A stretch of 64,000 nt of DNA, taken from positions 98,270,001-98,334,000 of the forward strand of contig OZ024744.1 of NCBI GenBank assembly GCA_964016885.1, given 5' to 3'. This DNA comes from Eledone cirrhosa (taxonomy: Eukaryota). Under the pieces are notes generated by a model. That model was not told the origin of the DNA and searched no databases. It saw nothing but the letters and a program-made list of their open reading frames with translations. Positions 40,641 through 54,473 of the stretch are shown piece after piece; the stretch's first letter is position 1, and every line of letters begins with the position of its first letter. The translations under genes were made by a program, and so were the position numbers.

Positions 40641-41266
40641 TTAGATTAATTAAAATCAATTTGTAAATATTTATTTCATTCTAACACAGTTTCATGAATT
40701 TATAAATACAAGCCTTCTGCATCTGCAAAACAAATATAGGCAGTATACAACATTGTTAGACAATTAGTTGGCCTGTTTATTCCAGTCATAGGTTATTGTT
40801 ATGATATCTATGGTTCTGAAAGTCTACTAGACTTTATAAGTAATAGTTGGGATTGTTTCATCAGAATATGCCATTAAAAAACACTAATTTTCTGTTGTTA
40901 GATGTGACAAAGCACTGTACGAGGAAGCAAGAGGGTGTGAGTGCCATTCAATTCTGTGTTCAAATCCCATTGATGTCAATTTTGCCTGCCATCCTTCTGG
41001 AGTCAGAGACAGAAGAGGGTTGGAAGAAAGGGAGAGAATTAGCCACAGACAAGAAAAGGCTGTGGTTGAGAATGGAACTGTGTGACATTAATTTAATGTA
41101 ATTAATCAAAATTGCAGCAACCATTAAGAAGGCAGAGGTGATGGTAAAATGGGACAAAATGAAAAACAAACAAATCTAGTCATTAGCTACTTGTGATACA
41201 ACACATCTAAACTATGCCATCATGGAACATGGATGTTAAACGATGATGATGATGATAATAATAATG

Positions 41267-42887
41267 CTTTCTTTATTAACCACAAGGGTTTCCACAATGT
41301 AGACATTAAGGACAATACAGGACGGTACAAATGGGCATTTCTGCATATAAAAAAACCCCCAAAACAGAGGATGTAATAAAAGAACAATGAAAAATTCCCC
41401 AATAGGGGGGAGACTTCCGAGGGCCATCGTGGAGAAAGCCCATTAAAAAAAGCCACAGTGACCCTGACCATCAGGGCAATTGTCCTCTCCCAGTTTTCCA
41501 CCTTCAATTTACAGGCATATACTCAGAGTAGGTCCACTCACTCGGGCCATTCTTGCTTCTCTCACCCATCTTTCAACAAAAAGCTGGGAAGAGAGCACCT
41601 CCCTCACTACCCTGATTTTCCTTTTCAAATGAAATTGGAAAAAGTTAATCAGAACATCACCGAAGTGGTAAGTGCTCGTCTTCAGCCCTTTCAGACCTGT
41701 CCACCATACTATCTCTTTCGCCATGGCCACCAGACAGATAAAGACTGCCTGCCCTTCCCAGCTAAAGGAAGAGGGCGGGCCAATCCTCACGATGGACTCA
41801 GCTGATAGCTGGATCCGTCCTACACGTGTTCGACATAAACCCACAAGTCAGCAATACTCGGACACTGGACGAGTGCATGCAGGACGGTTTCGTCGCCCTG
41901 CGCGCATCTCAGACATGCCCGGCTCACGGCACCTCCATGCCTGTAGAGTTTATTTTGAACTGGCAAAGCTCCTCGGTAGCACTGCCAGGCCAGGGATTTC
42001 TGGAAGTTGTCCATAGGCTCTGGCCCGAAAGTTCTTCCAAAGAGATTGGCTAGTTGATTTTTGTCGACGCCTAGAGTTTCCCCAAGTATGTCGTCGCTCT
42101 TCCCCTCCACTAATCCCCTATAGAAAGCCAAGGTGGAGTTTCCACCGATCACATTGCCCGATTGGTCGAGGGCTGTGAGCGCCTGAAGACATTCCAGTCT
42201 CCAAGCGCTCCCACTTGGTCTTCGCTTGACCCAGGACTGCAGCTCCATCAAGGAGATGAGCTGGGGAAAGACGTGTCTAGCAAACGGCGACCACACCTGA
42301 TCACCGTCGAGGAAGAGGTGGAGATGTCCTAGCCTGAGCGCGTGTCTGCGCATCATCAGCCACGGCATGCCCAGCCCTCCACGTAGCGAGTGTCGACAGC
42401 AGTTGGACCGCCTGACCATCGGAGCGCGTCCCTTCCACAAAAAGCGAAACAAAAAACGCTCCAGCGCAGTCAGGTGAGGCTTAGGACAAGGTACGACGGT
42501 CAGGCGGTAGTAGATGACGGACGCGATGTACGCGTTAGCCACCTCCGCTCGACCTTTCAGGGATAGCTTCCTCTCCGCCCATTTCTGGGTGAGAGAAGCC
42601 ACCCTGCTCGTCATCTCGTCCCAGTTTTTGTCCGCCTGGACGTCCGGACCAAACCAGACCCCTAGCAATTTAACCGGTCCGTCCATCCGTCTAGCGCCCG
42701 ACGACGCCGTTGGACGGCATGGACCTGCCTCTCCAGGTGCCGAGCTGCAGGCCCACCAACTTTTCCTGGTTGATCATTGCTCCTGTCACCGCTTCGTATT
42801 CTCTTAGCTCTTAGTGTAGTGCCGATCGCCTTGATGTGTTTGGCGTTCGACACCACTACGGTGACATCATCCGCATATGCTGACACG
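41267..42887 (-). mobile_element. 5'-truncated Tx1/L1-clade LINE with 19-bp TSD
   Basis: Motifs SAYADDVTV (RT), KLLGVWFG, LSLKGRAEVAN, GGLGMP and zinc knuckle CLRC...ETVLHALVQCP, with a frameshift and stop. aataaa lies near the 3' end. gatgatgataataataatg occurs at 41248-41266 and 42888-42906. Confidence 0.92.
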
Positions 42888-43135
42888 GATGATGATAATA
42901 ATAATGAAAACGAATGTTTTATGAAGCATTTAGTAAGATTATGTTTTGGAAGTATGTTAGCTTATTTTAAGCTGCTACAACACAGGTTTAACTATAAAAT
43001 AGTCAAACAAGTTGGGTATATAAACCTTCTAGGGATAGAAAAAAAGGGGGCAGAGTACCCACAGGTGACTGTGTCCCCCCCCCCCCATTTCTAAGGGGTT
43101 ATATGCCCAACTTGTTCAACTATTACATATTTTCA

Positions 43136-43172
<37 letters not shown>

Positions 43173-43175
<3 letters not shown>

Positions 43176-43271
43176 CGTGTCCCAAAAAATGTATACACTT
43201 TGATTACCTGCACGGGCAGTATTTATTAGGGTGCTGTTGAAGTGTGTATACATTTTTTGGGGACAGCCTGT
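43173..43271. mobile_element. Small Tc1/mariner-type MITE in a TA run
   Basis: Inverted termini gtgtcccaaaaaatgtatacac and gtgtatacattttttggggacagcctg, flanked by TA. Confidence 0.7.
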
Positions 43272-43709
43272 ATATACTAAGTCCCCACAACTGGTGCAGC
43301 CAGTCGTTGGGGTGCCACTCTAGATGTTTGACAGTGTGTCCATCATGGCATTTCAGTGGGCCTTAAAAATTCTTCATGGTGCCCATCTGTCTCATTTGCC
43401 AGAAGAAATTGAATGTATTCAGACCTGGAGAGGGATGGCTTTCACCAAGTTTAAAATGTCCAAGTCATGCCACCATATGTAACAACAGCACCCCTATGAT
43501 TCCATCAGGAGTTATGTGTCCATTGCATGGCATGGCGTGAACATACAGCACTGGTTCTTTTAACACTGTCAGCATAAAGACACGGAGAGAAGCACACACG
43601 CACAAGAAATGGAGAGAAGTACACACGCACACACACAAGAAATGGAGAGAAGTACACACGCACACACACAAGAAATGGAGAGAAGCACGCACACACACAC
43701 ACACCCATA

Positions 43710-43875
43710 TATACAATGCACTTTCACATAATTTCTGTCTACCAAATACTTTCCACTCATCCTAGGTCTTTGGTAGAAGACATTTACCAAAGATGTCACA
43801 ATGCCACACAATGGGATTGAACTTGGAATCACAGAGTTGTGAAGTGAACTTTTTAATCATGCAATCATGCCTGCA
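43710..43875 (-). mobile_element. Diverged tRNA-derived CORE-like SINE head (also + strand at ~49275-49440)
   Basis: Reverse complement gives gttcaatcccattgtgtggca...aaatgtcttctacc...tttggtagacagaaa, similar to ccactgtatagcaccttgggca...gcctcgggctgac at 49.3 kb. Confidence 0.55.
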
Positions 43876-43959
43876 TACATCTGTGTGTGTGTGTGTGTGT
43901 GTGTGTACACACATGCATGCATATATATGTAGCAGTAGGCTTCACATGTAGCAGCTGTG

Positions 43960-44840
43960 CTGGGACAGCAAGCAGCAAACGGCCACAGGAAACAAGTACC
44001 ACCAAACTCTGGGAGGGCTCTGTAGAAACAGTAGACAGCTTCTGCTACCTAGGTGACCGAATTGTTCGGAAAGTACAATAACTAGGGTAAGAATGGGACT
44101 GCCACTGCTAGCTGCAAAAGGCTTTTCCCACAAAATGAAAGGCAGACTGTATGATGCATGTATACGAACAGCAATGTTACATGGAAGTGAGACCTGGGCG
44201 TTGTCTGTAGAAGACTTGCGTAGATTAGAAAGAAAGAGAAGCCTGCATGCTCCGGTGGATGTGTAATAGTAATATATGTGAATGGCAAAGCATAAATGAA
44301 TTGAGAGAGAGACTGAGATTAAGAGGAATCAAATGCTGTGTGCAGGAGAGGCGGTTGCGTTGGTATGGAGATGTGATGCGTATGAAGGATGACTGCTGCA
44401 TAAAAAGGTGCAGAGCACTAGAAGTTGATGGAAACCGCAGAGTGGAGAGACTCAAGAAGACCTGGGATGAGGTGATAACAGCCGATTACAGCTCTCAAAT
44501 CCATGACATACGACCGTGACCTCTGGCGTCATGCAGTAATACAGAAGACCCGACCCCCCCACTGCAAAGTAGTCATGGAGGTGCCTTGGCAAAAAAGGAC
44601 CCAGCCCACACTGTAAAGTGGATGTGTAGGCGCCACGGAAAAAAGCACCCAGCACTCACTGTAAATGAGGTTGGTGTTAGGAAGGGCATCCAGCTGTAGA
44701 AATCAAGCCAGAATCAGTCCCCATATGAGCAAGACAAGGTCAGCCGACCGGACACTGCCCACAACAGGACACCCTGTCTAACCCATACTAGCGTGGAAGA
44801 ACGGACGTAAAACGGTGATGATGATGATGATGATGATGAT
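43960..44840 (+). mobile_element. RTE LINE 3' part plus module with two 48-bp units and (GAT)n tail
   Basis: ETVDSFCYLGD, YDACIRTAMLHGSETW, ERRLRWYGDVMRM and KKTWDEVI. Then ccagcccacactgtaaagtggatgtgtagg...aaaaagcacccagc, gttggtgttaggaagggcatccagctgtagaaa and the tail. Confidence 0.9.
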
Positions 44841-45025
44841 AGTAATAATAATAATAATAATAATAGTAATAATAATAAATACGAAGACTAAAATCCAAAG
44901 ATGCCGTTAAGGGGGAAAGCAGCGATTCTTTGCTTTAATCTGTTATTTTAATAAATATATATATATAAGCATGAAGTCAGTGACTCCTAGTGAGTACTGA
45001 CATGGTCTGTGGCAACCCGTCCAGC

Positions 45026-45212
45026 CCTGTGGTTTGGCAGTATCGGTAGAGCGTCAGACATCATGTTTTGCAGCATAGTTATGGCCTTTTGCGTTCTGAG
45101 TTCAAATCCGCCGAGGTTAACTTTGCCTTTCATCCTTACGAGGTTGATAAAATAAAGTACCAGTGGTGCACTGGGGTAATCGCTGGCCTTGTGCCAAAAG
45201 TAGAAACACTAT
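45026..45212 (+). mobile_element. tRNA-derived SINE
   Basis: tggcagtatcggtagag...gagttcaaatcc...ctttgcctttcatcctt...gctggccttgtgccaaaagtagaaac. Confidence 0.85.
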
Positions 45213-46087
45213 TAGAGAAAACAAAGGAGCTGAATTGCACCAAACATAAATCACCATCATCACTATCACAATAATCATCATGACCATATGACCGTGTAGA
45301 CATTAGCTAGCATCATTGTAAAGTCTACATACAAAGGAATCAAAAGAAAGGAGTGTATTAACCCTTTAATGTTCAAACCGGCCAGAATTCTCTACCTTTT
45401 TCTGTTGAAACTGTCTGTAACTGGTCACTCAAACTGATGTTAAGGTATTGTTCTCAAAATAAATTCTTTCAAAATCTCATAGATTCAATATTATGTGAGA
45501 TAAAGCATTTATCATGAAAATATAATAGTATATATAGAGTAATGTGAATGTTAAAGGGTTAACAAACCTACTAAAAATGCAAACGATGTATATGATTAAT
45601 CCTTTAAATACCAGTCTGAGCACAACTGTCCCAGGTTCTATGAATAACACCCATATTAAGAGTTTCCTATTTAAATTAAAATTCTCCAACCCAGCCAAAA
45701 CCTGCCCCGGTTCAATGAAAGAAAACCATCCATTTCAAATAATTTCTATATAAATTTATATCTTCTAATATGATTTTATACAAGTAATTATATTAGGAAC
45801 GAAATAATTAATCATTTGAGTAAATCCTTCAAAATTTGGCATTAATTAATTGAAAGAGTATATTTCATTATAAATAGTCATTAAAGGGTTAATAATGAAA
45901 TAATAATTTTAGTATGTCTCTTCAAATTCCTCACTAATTAAAATACAATGTATTTCAATGAAAATATGGTAATGAAAAGGTTAAAAATAACTCTGAACTT
46001 TTTATATTAAGAATGTACCAGATTCTCTGGTGATTTTTTTAGAATGTTACACTGCATGAAACAGATATTCATAACATCATTATTGTA

Positions 46088-46280
46088 GGGCGGTGGATTG
46101 GCAGTATCGGTAGAGGGTCGGACGCCATGCTTTGAAGCATAGAGTTACGGCCCTTTACGATCTGAGTTCAAATCCCGCCGAGGTTGACTTTGCCTTTCAT
46201 CCTTACGGGGTCGATAAAATAAAGTACCAGTAATGCACTGGGTAATTGCTGGCCTTGTGTCTAAAGTAGAAACCATTATT
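46088..46280 (+). mobile_element. tRNA-derived SINE, full length (core resembles the Meta/MESC-type SINE domain)
   Basis: A box tggcagtatcgg, B box gagttcaaatccc, core gactttgcctttcatccttacggggtcgataaaataaagtaccag and an (att)n tail. A diverged copy follows at ~46290-46510. Confidence 0.9.
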
Positions 46281-48439
46281 GTTGGTTAGAAGGGCAATGG
46301 CTTGGCAGTATCAATAGAATGTCAGCAAATGCTTTGCAGTATTTAGTTATAACTTTCTGAGTTGTGAGTTCAAATGCTAGTGAGGTAAGAGTTGAACACA
46401 TTTTATCCTTCCAGGTCAATGAAATAAAGCAACAGTTAAGTACTGCAGTCAATATAATTGACTTTTTCCCCTTTTACTCAAACTGCTGATCTTGCACTAA
46501 TTAATGTTAAAAAGAATTATTACAGGCTATAATTTCTTGAAACTTGGTGATATTATAGAAATGTGTCCTAATAACAAGGGTTTGATACAAGAATCTTTCA
46601 AAAACGTTTTGTTTTGTTTTTTTTTCATTTGGAGGCAAAAATCTTAAAAATTTCTCACATTTTTTTGCCAATTTTTAAGAAAGTCATTAAAAAAAACCTG
46701 AATTTTTTTTTCTGCTAATAACTCTTTGTAAATAAAGAGTACATTGCAAATTTACAAACAGTACTGGTAAACATGATAGCAGTTCATGCCTTGCTTGTCA
46801 ATGTAAGGGAAAATATTGCATGAAACAATGGTGAACATTTTTTTTCAAATCTTGGGCTGAACCTAAACAGGTACACCAGGATGGAGAACAAAGGGAAAAG
46901 GAAAATGCCCTTAAAATCCTGATGGAGTCGTAGGGACACTGTCCTGTCATGTGTCTTAGGTTTTTTTAAACCCGGTGGAAACTATCCCTCTCCTGGTCTG
47001 AACACAGCTGATTTTTTTCCAGAGAGTGACAAAAAGTGATAAAGAGTAAGGATTACCCTAGTACTGGATTGGCATTTTATTAATCACCTTGGAAAGATGA
47101 AAGGAAAGGTTGAGCTCAGTGGGATTTGAACAAATCATGAGGCATGACAATCATGACTCCTGGAAGCCCAAGTCTAAATCTGATTTTTTGTTTCAAGACA
47201 AACAACACAACTGTTGTTCCCAGATGCATTTTCACATTTGAATGCAATACACATCCTTAACCCTTCTGATATAAAACTACCTCTGGTTCTATGATACAAA
47301 ACTGTTTTATATAGCCAAGAGAAGCTATAAAATAGCTTATAAAATAGGGTGAAGACCTTTAAAAGACAGAAAAAGAAGTTGTCATCAGCCACTATTAGCG
47401 ATTGAACTTCATGTCTGGGAGAAAAGGGTTTTTATTCCTTATAGCAACCAACAGCAACTTCCTTTTCCATCTTTTAAGGGTTTCACCCTATTCTATAAGC
47501 TTTTTTATAGCATCTCTGCACCTGAGCACATCATCCTTAACCAAATTGTTTATTTTCAAGTGTTTATATTTATTTGAAAACCTTCCACCATAACTTTATG
47601 TAAGGTTCTTTGTTTAGCTAATGTTCTAAACACCAAATTCATAATAAGAAAATTAGTTATATCCCATAATCACTCAACATTTTTTATTATTTTGAAATTT
47701 TTGGAAAATCATTGACAGTGCCTTTCATTAGAAATATGATAACGAAAAAATTTAGACAGCTTTAGGTCTGCACAATCCAACCCTTTTGTTTGTGGAATCA
47801 ACCAACTCAATACTCCAATGAGTTCATTACATAATTTCTTTATATAGTTGTGGTAAGTCTTCTTTCTTACCAGCTTGTGGGAGGGTGCGGGGTTGATAAC
47901 ATAAATGGCATAGGAGCTGGACAGAACATACCTAAACTTCTTGTTTGTCTACGGCTATCAACAATATTGGAAGTAATCATTTTTATCATTGCCACTTATG
48001 CAGCTATTGTAAATTTTCATAGCAGTAGAATAAAACATTTCAACACTTTTAATGTTTACAGGTATCATACTTAAGTACTTGAACTCATATATGTTGCAGT
48101 TATGCCAAAGTCCCTCCTGTGATGGTGTAAACACAAGGCAGACAATTGAAAAGGTGGATTGGCATGATCAAGTTAGATCTCGAGTTAATATTTGGTCCTT
48201 GTATCTCTGCCGTGGAAATCATGACTGGCTGACAATGTGGTCACCAGCCTCTGTTGATGCTGTGGATGCATTGGTTGGAACTGGTTCAGCTCAGCCTGGA
48301 TGAATTTCAACACAAGTACAAGTGTTCCAACACATTTAACAAACAACTTTCCAGTTCATAATCTTCATGGATACACTAAACATGCAGAACAAAGGGAGGA
48401 AATGGCATCAAAACCGGCATGTTTAGGATCAATTAGCTG

Positions 48440-48680
48440 ATATTTATACACGACATTGTGCTACTTAGCTCATCAGAAATTGATCTCCGATATACACTGG
48501 ATAGGTTCGTTGCTAAGTGTGGCACTGTAGGAATGAAAATCAGAGCTGTAAAGACTATGACATTTGTTCTCTCAAGAAAGCCTGTGAAATGCAGTCTGCA
48601 AGTGAGTGGATTTACACTGAAGCACATGAAGAAGTTGAAGTATCGCAAAGCTGTTTTCACAAGTGATATGAAGGAGGTTC
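48440..48680 (+). mobile_element. Decayed RTE-like reverse transcriptase fragment
   Basis: DIVLLSSSEIDLRYTLDRFVAKCGTVGMKIRAVKT...LKY resembles the RT segment that follows YADD. Confidence 0.6.
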
Positions 48681-51140
48681 ATGACATCCAATTTTGGCAT
48701 AGTTTCTATAGCTAAATGCCCTTTCTTTTACCAACCACTTTACAGTGTATAGTGGGTGCATTTTATTGTAGCACCAATACCAGGAAGGTTGTCATTTGTC
48801 TTTGGCATGACTGATGAGTCCTCACAACCCCCTTTTTGTATGGTTTCTGTAGGTGGTTGCTCTTCTTAACATCAACCACTTTACATAAAGTATTTTTGTG
48901 GCCCAAACACTTGAGAGGTTATCGTGTCATGAATGAACTGAGGAGTTCTCTCTCCCCTATGGTGTAACCAGTTGAATACCAACCACTGCACAAAGTATGC
49001 TGTATGTATTCTATATTGACTCCATCACTAAAGAGACTGCCTGCCATGTTCTAAGGCAGGCATGTTTGAGAGTGAGAATAGAAGGGGAAGAAGAGGGTTA
49101 AGGGGGAACAGAGATGTATAACAAGTGTGGTGGGGTGAAACCAACTGATGTGAATGAACCTATGCAAGCATGGAAAAAGTGACATAAAAATGATGATAAT
49201 GACGATGAAAAAGGAGGAAGTAATGAAAGGATACAATGATAATGAGAATAGCAATAATGAGTAATGTTGGCATAGTCATGGTTGAGTGATTTAGAAGTTC
49301 ACTTCTGAAGTATGTAGTTTCAGGTTTACATCCACTGTATAGCACCTTGGGCATGTATTTTTTTTTTATTACAGCCTCGGGCTGACAATGCTTTGTGAGT
49401 GAGTTTAGTTTAGTAGATCAGAAGAGAAAGCCCATCATTTGTATGTGTGTGAGTGTATATGACTTTGCACCAGGAAGGACATCCAGTCTTAGAAATTTGC
49501 CATGGACAAAGCATAATAAAGCAGGTTGCTGGACTGACTATGAATTGGCCAAAATGTTATATCCCACCACTATATGGTTACATCACATAGGATACAATAA
49601 ATAGGTGTGGGGGAGGAGAAAATATAGGGACATTGGGAGAGATTATTTCATTGTGCACCTGTCATATGAAGTTTAGCCACGATCCCACTACACCTCTTGT
49701 ACATCCACTGTACACATTGGGTACATTGTATGTCGTTTTAAATAATAATTATTGTTATTAATAATCCCCTTCTTTATGATTGAAAAGCAAGGCTTTGGCA
49801 AATCAATGCTGTTCAGACAATCCTTAGCAACTTCCTCTGTGCTTTGTCCCATGTAATATGTATTTTCTCTCAGCTCACCTTCAACTGTCCTACACCAGGT
49901 GTTCTTTGGTCATCCAAGCTTTCATTTTCAGCAGGTGATGTCCACCTTAATGCTACGTTTGGTATTCTCAGTATCTGACCTGGTCACATGAGTCACCAAT
50001 ATTGTATTTCAAGGACCACTGCACTATTACAACCAGTTTTGAGGCACAGCTCCTCATTTGACACTTCATCAGGTCCAGAAGATCTGACAGGTTTTCCTCA
50101 GACACCCACTGTGAAATGCCTGACCTAGTCACAATAGCCACCAATATTTTATTTCAAGTCCACATTATTACAGCCAGTTTTGTGGTACATCTCATTTGAC
50201 ACTTCATAAGTCCAGAAGATCTGACAGGTTTTCCTCAGACACCCCTTGTGAAATGTCTGACCTAGTCACATGAGCCACCAATATTTTATTTCAAGGATCA
50301 CAAAATACATGGTACATTGTAAATGCTGTATGTAAAGTGGAGGTGTGACTTATACAATCTATAAAATATGCATAAATGTATAACAAAACTGGTGCTATTG
50401 GTGACTGTAGGGTAAATGTATGGTAGACAGAATATAAAAGGGGAGGAAGAAGTTTTGTTGACAGTGAAGGGTAGAATATAGAAAGCATATGTAAAGAGTG
50501 TGACACTGATGGGTGGTGAGACACGAGAACAATGTGAAGGTTGTAGAGGAATGAGTTGGGTCTGATGTCATTGCAAAGGCCAAAATACAAATGAAATAAG
50601 AAAGCAGATGTTTATTAACTCTTTCATTAACATATTTCTAATGAAAAACCTCTACCAATGATTTTTCAAACTATCATCATTTAATGTTCACTTTCCTTGC
50701 TAGCAAGGATTGGATGGGTCTTAAAAGACCATGTGAGTATCGAGGTGGGTCTACTGAGTGCTCAGACACACCATGGCTACTAACCTTCTAGTCATTTGAA
50801 AATAAAGAATTTGGAGAGATTTAGTAATATAACTAAATTTCTAATTATTAAGCTGGTGTTTGAATCAAAGGTTCTTACATAAAATTATGATGGAAGGTTT
50901 TTAAATAAATATAAACACTTTAAAATAAAGATGCTGGCGTGTGAAAAAAAAAAATGGACTTTTTTGCAAGGCCAACTGGCCTGTCCCTTCACATAATGGT
51001 GCCATCCAGTTATACACTGTAAATGTGGTTGGCATCCAACTGTAAAAATCTTGGCTAAATTTACAGCCCCATCTGAACAAGGTACAGCATGGCCAATTCT
51101 GGCCAGACTTGTCTAACCCATGGAAAATGGACGTTAAACA

Positions 51141-51180
<40 letters not shown>

Positions 51181-51489
51181 CTCGGCTTAAATTCGAGTAT
51201 ATATACAGTAATTGTTTCTCACAAAAAAACAAATATAAGACATGGTAATAAACAGTAACAAGTGAATAATATGGTTAATAATAATAATAATGTACATAAG
51301 ATTTACTATTTGCTAAAACATAAGCTACATAAATTACAGACCAAATCAGAGATAAACTACAAGGACTGAACAACTCACTCTCAATTTAAAGCATATTTGA
51401 CTACAGATCAAAACGAAATTAAGATGTGTTGGATACTTGCACAATTTCAAACATGTTATAACTCTTGTATATTATAGGATATTTTAACC

Positions 51490-51890
51490 ATAGAACAGCA
51501 ATGTTGCACAGCAGGGAGACCTGGGCACTGTGTGCTGAGGACTTGCGAAGATTGGAAAGAAATGAAGCCCCCATGCTTCGCTGGATGAGCAATAGCAATA
51601 TACGTGAATGGCAAAGTATAAATACACTGTGTGAGAAATTAGGCTTAAAAGGGATCAGTTGTTGCATGCAGGAGAAGAGATTGCGTTGGTATGGACATGT
51701 GATACGTTTGAAGGATGGCAGCTGTATAAAAAAGTGCAGAGCGCTCAAAGTTGATGGTAGCTGTGGAGTGGGCAGGCCTAGAAGACTTGGGATGACGTAA
51801 TAAAAGCTGACCTTGCACAATTGCACCTCACCAAGGCAATGACACAGGACTGCGACCTCTGGCACTATGCAATATTACAGAAGACCCACT
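51490..51890 (+). mobile_element. RTE LINE C-terminal fragment (same family as 22.5 kb and 44.2 kb, lacking the 3' module)
   Basis: ETWALCAEDLRRLERNEAPMLRWM...EKRLRWYGHVIR...GRPR. Confidence 0.88.
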
Positions 51891-52021
51891 CTTTATTATT
51901 CTCGAGCTGAGGCTTATACCTACTAGGCAACACCTTCCTCAACCTTCTCCCCTCCCATACACCTCCTTTTGCAGTAACCATCCCTCCCTTATTACCTGCG
52001 TCTGCAATCTCCCCAGTTGGT

Positions 52022-52208
52022 GTTGGTGGTTCACCATTGGATAGAACTGTTTATTCTGAAAAGCACTCATCATCTTTGGTGTAAGATTCTTTTGGTGGTG
52101 TGTGAACAGAGTTAAATATTATTTAATTGGCAGGAGACCGGAAAGTTGAAAATAAAAACTTAAAACGAATTTCAACTTTTCTGCCATCTGTCACTTTATT
52201 TAATAGTA
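52022..52208 (-). repeat. Left arm of a ~190-bp inverted repeat pair (right arm 55947-56182)
   Basis: Its reverse complement matches ctattgaataaagtgacaga...tatccaatggtgaaccaccaac at 55951-56182, apart from small insertions in the right copy. Confidence 0.9.
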
Positions 52209-52282
52209 TATAAATATATGTGTGTATGTGTATGTATATGTATGTGTGTATTTATGTATATGTATGAATGTACATATATATG

Positions 52283-52323
<41 letters not shown>

Positions 52324-52742
52324 AAACATAAATTATCGAGATTCGCATTTCGGCACACAAAATAACGAAAAACAACCTCCAGTTGTGTATATTTTTGCAA
52401 GAATGCAAAAACATCACAAATCGAATAGAGATCTCAACAGAAGGGTTAAAATTAACATAAGCTATTCATCAGTCAATAGAATCAACTAAAAAATCAAGAA
52501 AATTAACTGGTCAATAGCTAGAGTCTGGAGATAAATACAAACAAATTATCGAGATTCGCATTTCGGCCCACGAAATAACGAAAAATAACCTCCGAGATGT
52601 GAGGCAAGTGCTCAATGATTCAGATGAACCAGAGCTATAACAAACGTTAAAGGCCAAACACACTGAGACGATGGTTAAACAATCATTCGCATAGCCAAAA
52701 AAACGATCAAGTAATTCGGGTATTGAAAATTTACCCGGACCC

Positions 52743-54021
52743 CAGGGTGTGGACGATATTTGTTCGCAATTTTCAACTGCTAATTTTATGCAAATTTTTG
52801 TTACTTATGTTGTCACTCTTGTCTTCATAAAAACAGTGACTATATTTCCATTATTTATTTTCAGAATAATTGATTATGAATAATTTTGAACCTCCAAATT
52901 TGTGGAAGAGACACAGAGTTCTTCTTGGAATCTGCGCCAGGAGGACAAATAAGGAAATTTCAGACTTTCTCAGCGTCAGCAAGGAATTGGAAGATTCAGG
53001 ATTCGACTACGAAGCAACATCAGAGAGGAAAACACATGATCGACGATCTGACGCCTTCAGAACACGCGAGTTTGTCGCTGAAGTTCAGGATATCATCAAC
53101 AATGAACCTAGCAAGTCTATGCGTGCCATTGCAAGGGAGAAAGACGTCGATGAAAAGCTCATTAGGCTGGTGGTACATGAAGACATTCGCTGTTTCGTAC
53201 AAGATGAGGAAAGGGCAATTTCTGTCAAAGGCGATGCAAGAAAAGCGACTGAAGCACGCAGAGAAGCTGATCAACAAGTTGAAACACCCACTGGAGCTAG
53301 ACATGCTGTGGTTTTTCTCCGACGAGAAAAACTTCTGCCAAGACCAGAAGATCAACTCCCAGAACGGCAGGTGACTCGCTGTCTCATCCAAAGACGTGCC
53401 CAGAGTCATGCAGACAGTTTCCAGTGACAACATTGGTCTTAGGTGTCGTCAGCTGTCAAGGTGACGTCATGCCACCTCACTTCTTCCCTGAGGGCCTCAA
53501 GCTGAACACCGATAGCTACATCCGCGTTCTGAGCGAGGTAGTAAAGCCCTGGATCGACCAGGTAGCTGCAGGTAGGCCGTATGTGTGGCAGCAAGACTCA
53601 GCACCCTGCCATACCAGCCGAAAGACCCAAGCCTGGCTGTCAGAGAACTTCGTCGACCACACTTCACCAGACATCTGGCCTCCCAGCTCGCCTGACTGCA
53701 ACCCCCTCGACTTCTTTGTGTGGGGCGCAGTGGAACGAGACACCAACAGATCTAGCTCCAATAAGAAAGACGATCTGAAGGCCAGGATCACAAGTGCCTT
53801 TAGGGGCCTAAGTCGGGGGACAGTGATGAAGGCCTGTAGCCGGTTCCGAGGCTGCCTTGAGGCCGTCATCAAAGCCAATGGCGGGTTTATCGAGTGAGAT
53901 CGAAAGAACAAGTCATGAAGACAAACTGACCCAAGTTTGATAAATATATCTTAAAAAATGAAACTACTGTGTTATTTTTTCCTAGACAGTAATCTTGCGA
54001 ACAAATGTTGTCCGCACCCTG
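52743..54021 (+). mobile_element. Tc1/mariner DD37D (maT) transposon, full length but inactivated
   Basis: TIRs cagggtgtggacgatatttgttcgcaa and ttgcgaacaaatgttgtccgcaccctg. The right end is followed by TA. Confidence 0.93.
52876..53897 (+). pseudogene. DD37D transposase pseudogene
   Basis: WFFSDEKNF, WQQDSAPCH and WPPSSPDCNPLD, with 37 residues counted between the second and third D. The frame is split over three ORFs by frameshifts and a TGA at 53372-53374. Confidence 0.92.
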
Positions 54022-54473
54022 TATATATATATATATATATATATTTGTACCATTATGTATGTTTGTTGTGTGTGTGCGTGAATGTGCTTGTCGACACCTG
54101 GAATATATATTAAGAGAAACTTCACAATAAGGGGAATCACCCCAACACTTGAATCTGTTGGTGGAACCCTTTCTGCCTTTGTCACCCTTATTTCAGCCTT
54201 AAAGAATTAGCTTCTAAAGAATTTCCCTTTTCTTTAAACCAATGAACCCCACCCATCCTGTGGACACCTGTCTTACAGGCATTGTTAGTCTAAGTGATAA
54301 ACTAGGATTGGTATTCCAAACTTGAATTTGTTTACAGTGTTCTTTCTGGCAATGTTAATATTATAGCTTTTAATGAACTCCCTTTTCTTTCAACCAATGA
54401 CCTCCACCCATCCCAATCCTCTCATACCACCAGAAAAGAAAAGATATAAATACCACCACCTACTTGGACAGCC

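Noticed and set aside
43465-44081. Cys/Val-rich short ORFs
   Set aside because: They are translations of (CA)n/(TG)n microsatellites and a ~35-bp repeat.
46088-46185. tRNA gene-like A and B boxes
   Set aside because: This is the head of a multi-copy SINE with a conserved body and tail; there is no complete cloverleaf.
48805-48850. ctgatgagtcc hammerhead-like start
   Set aside because: No GAAA or closing stems; it is part of a decayed SINE module.
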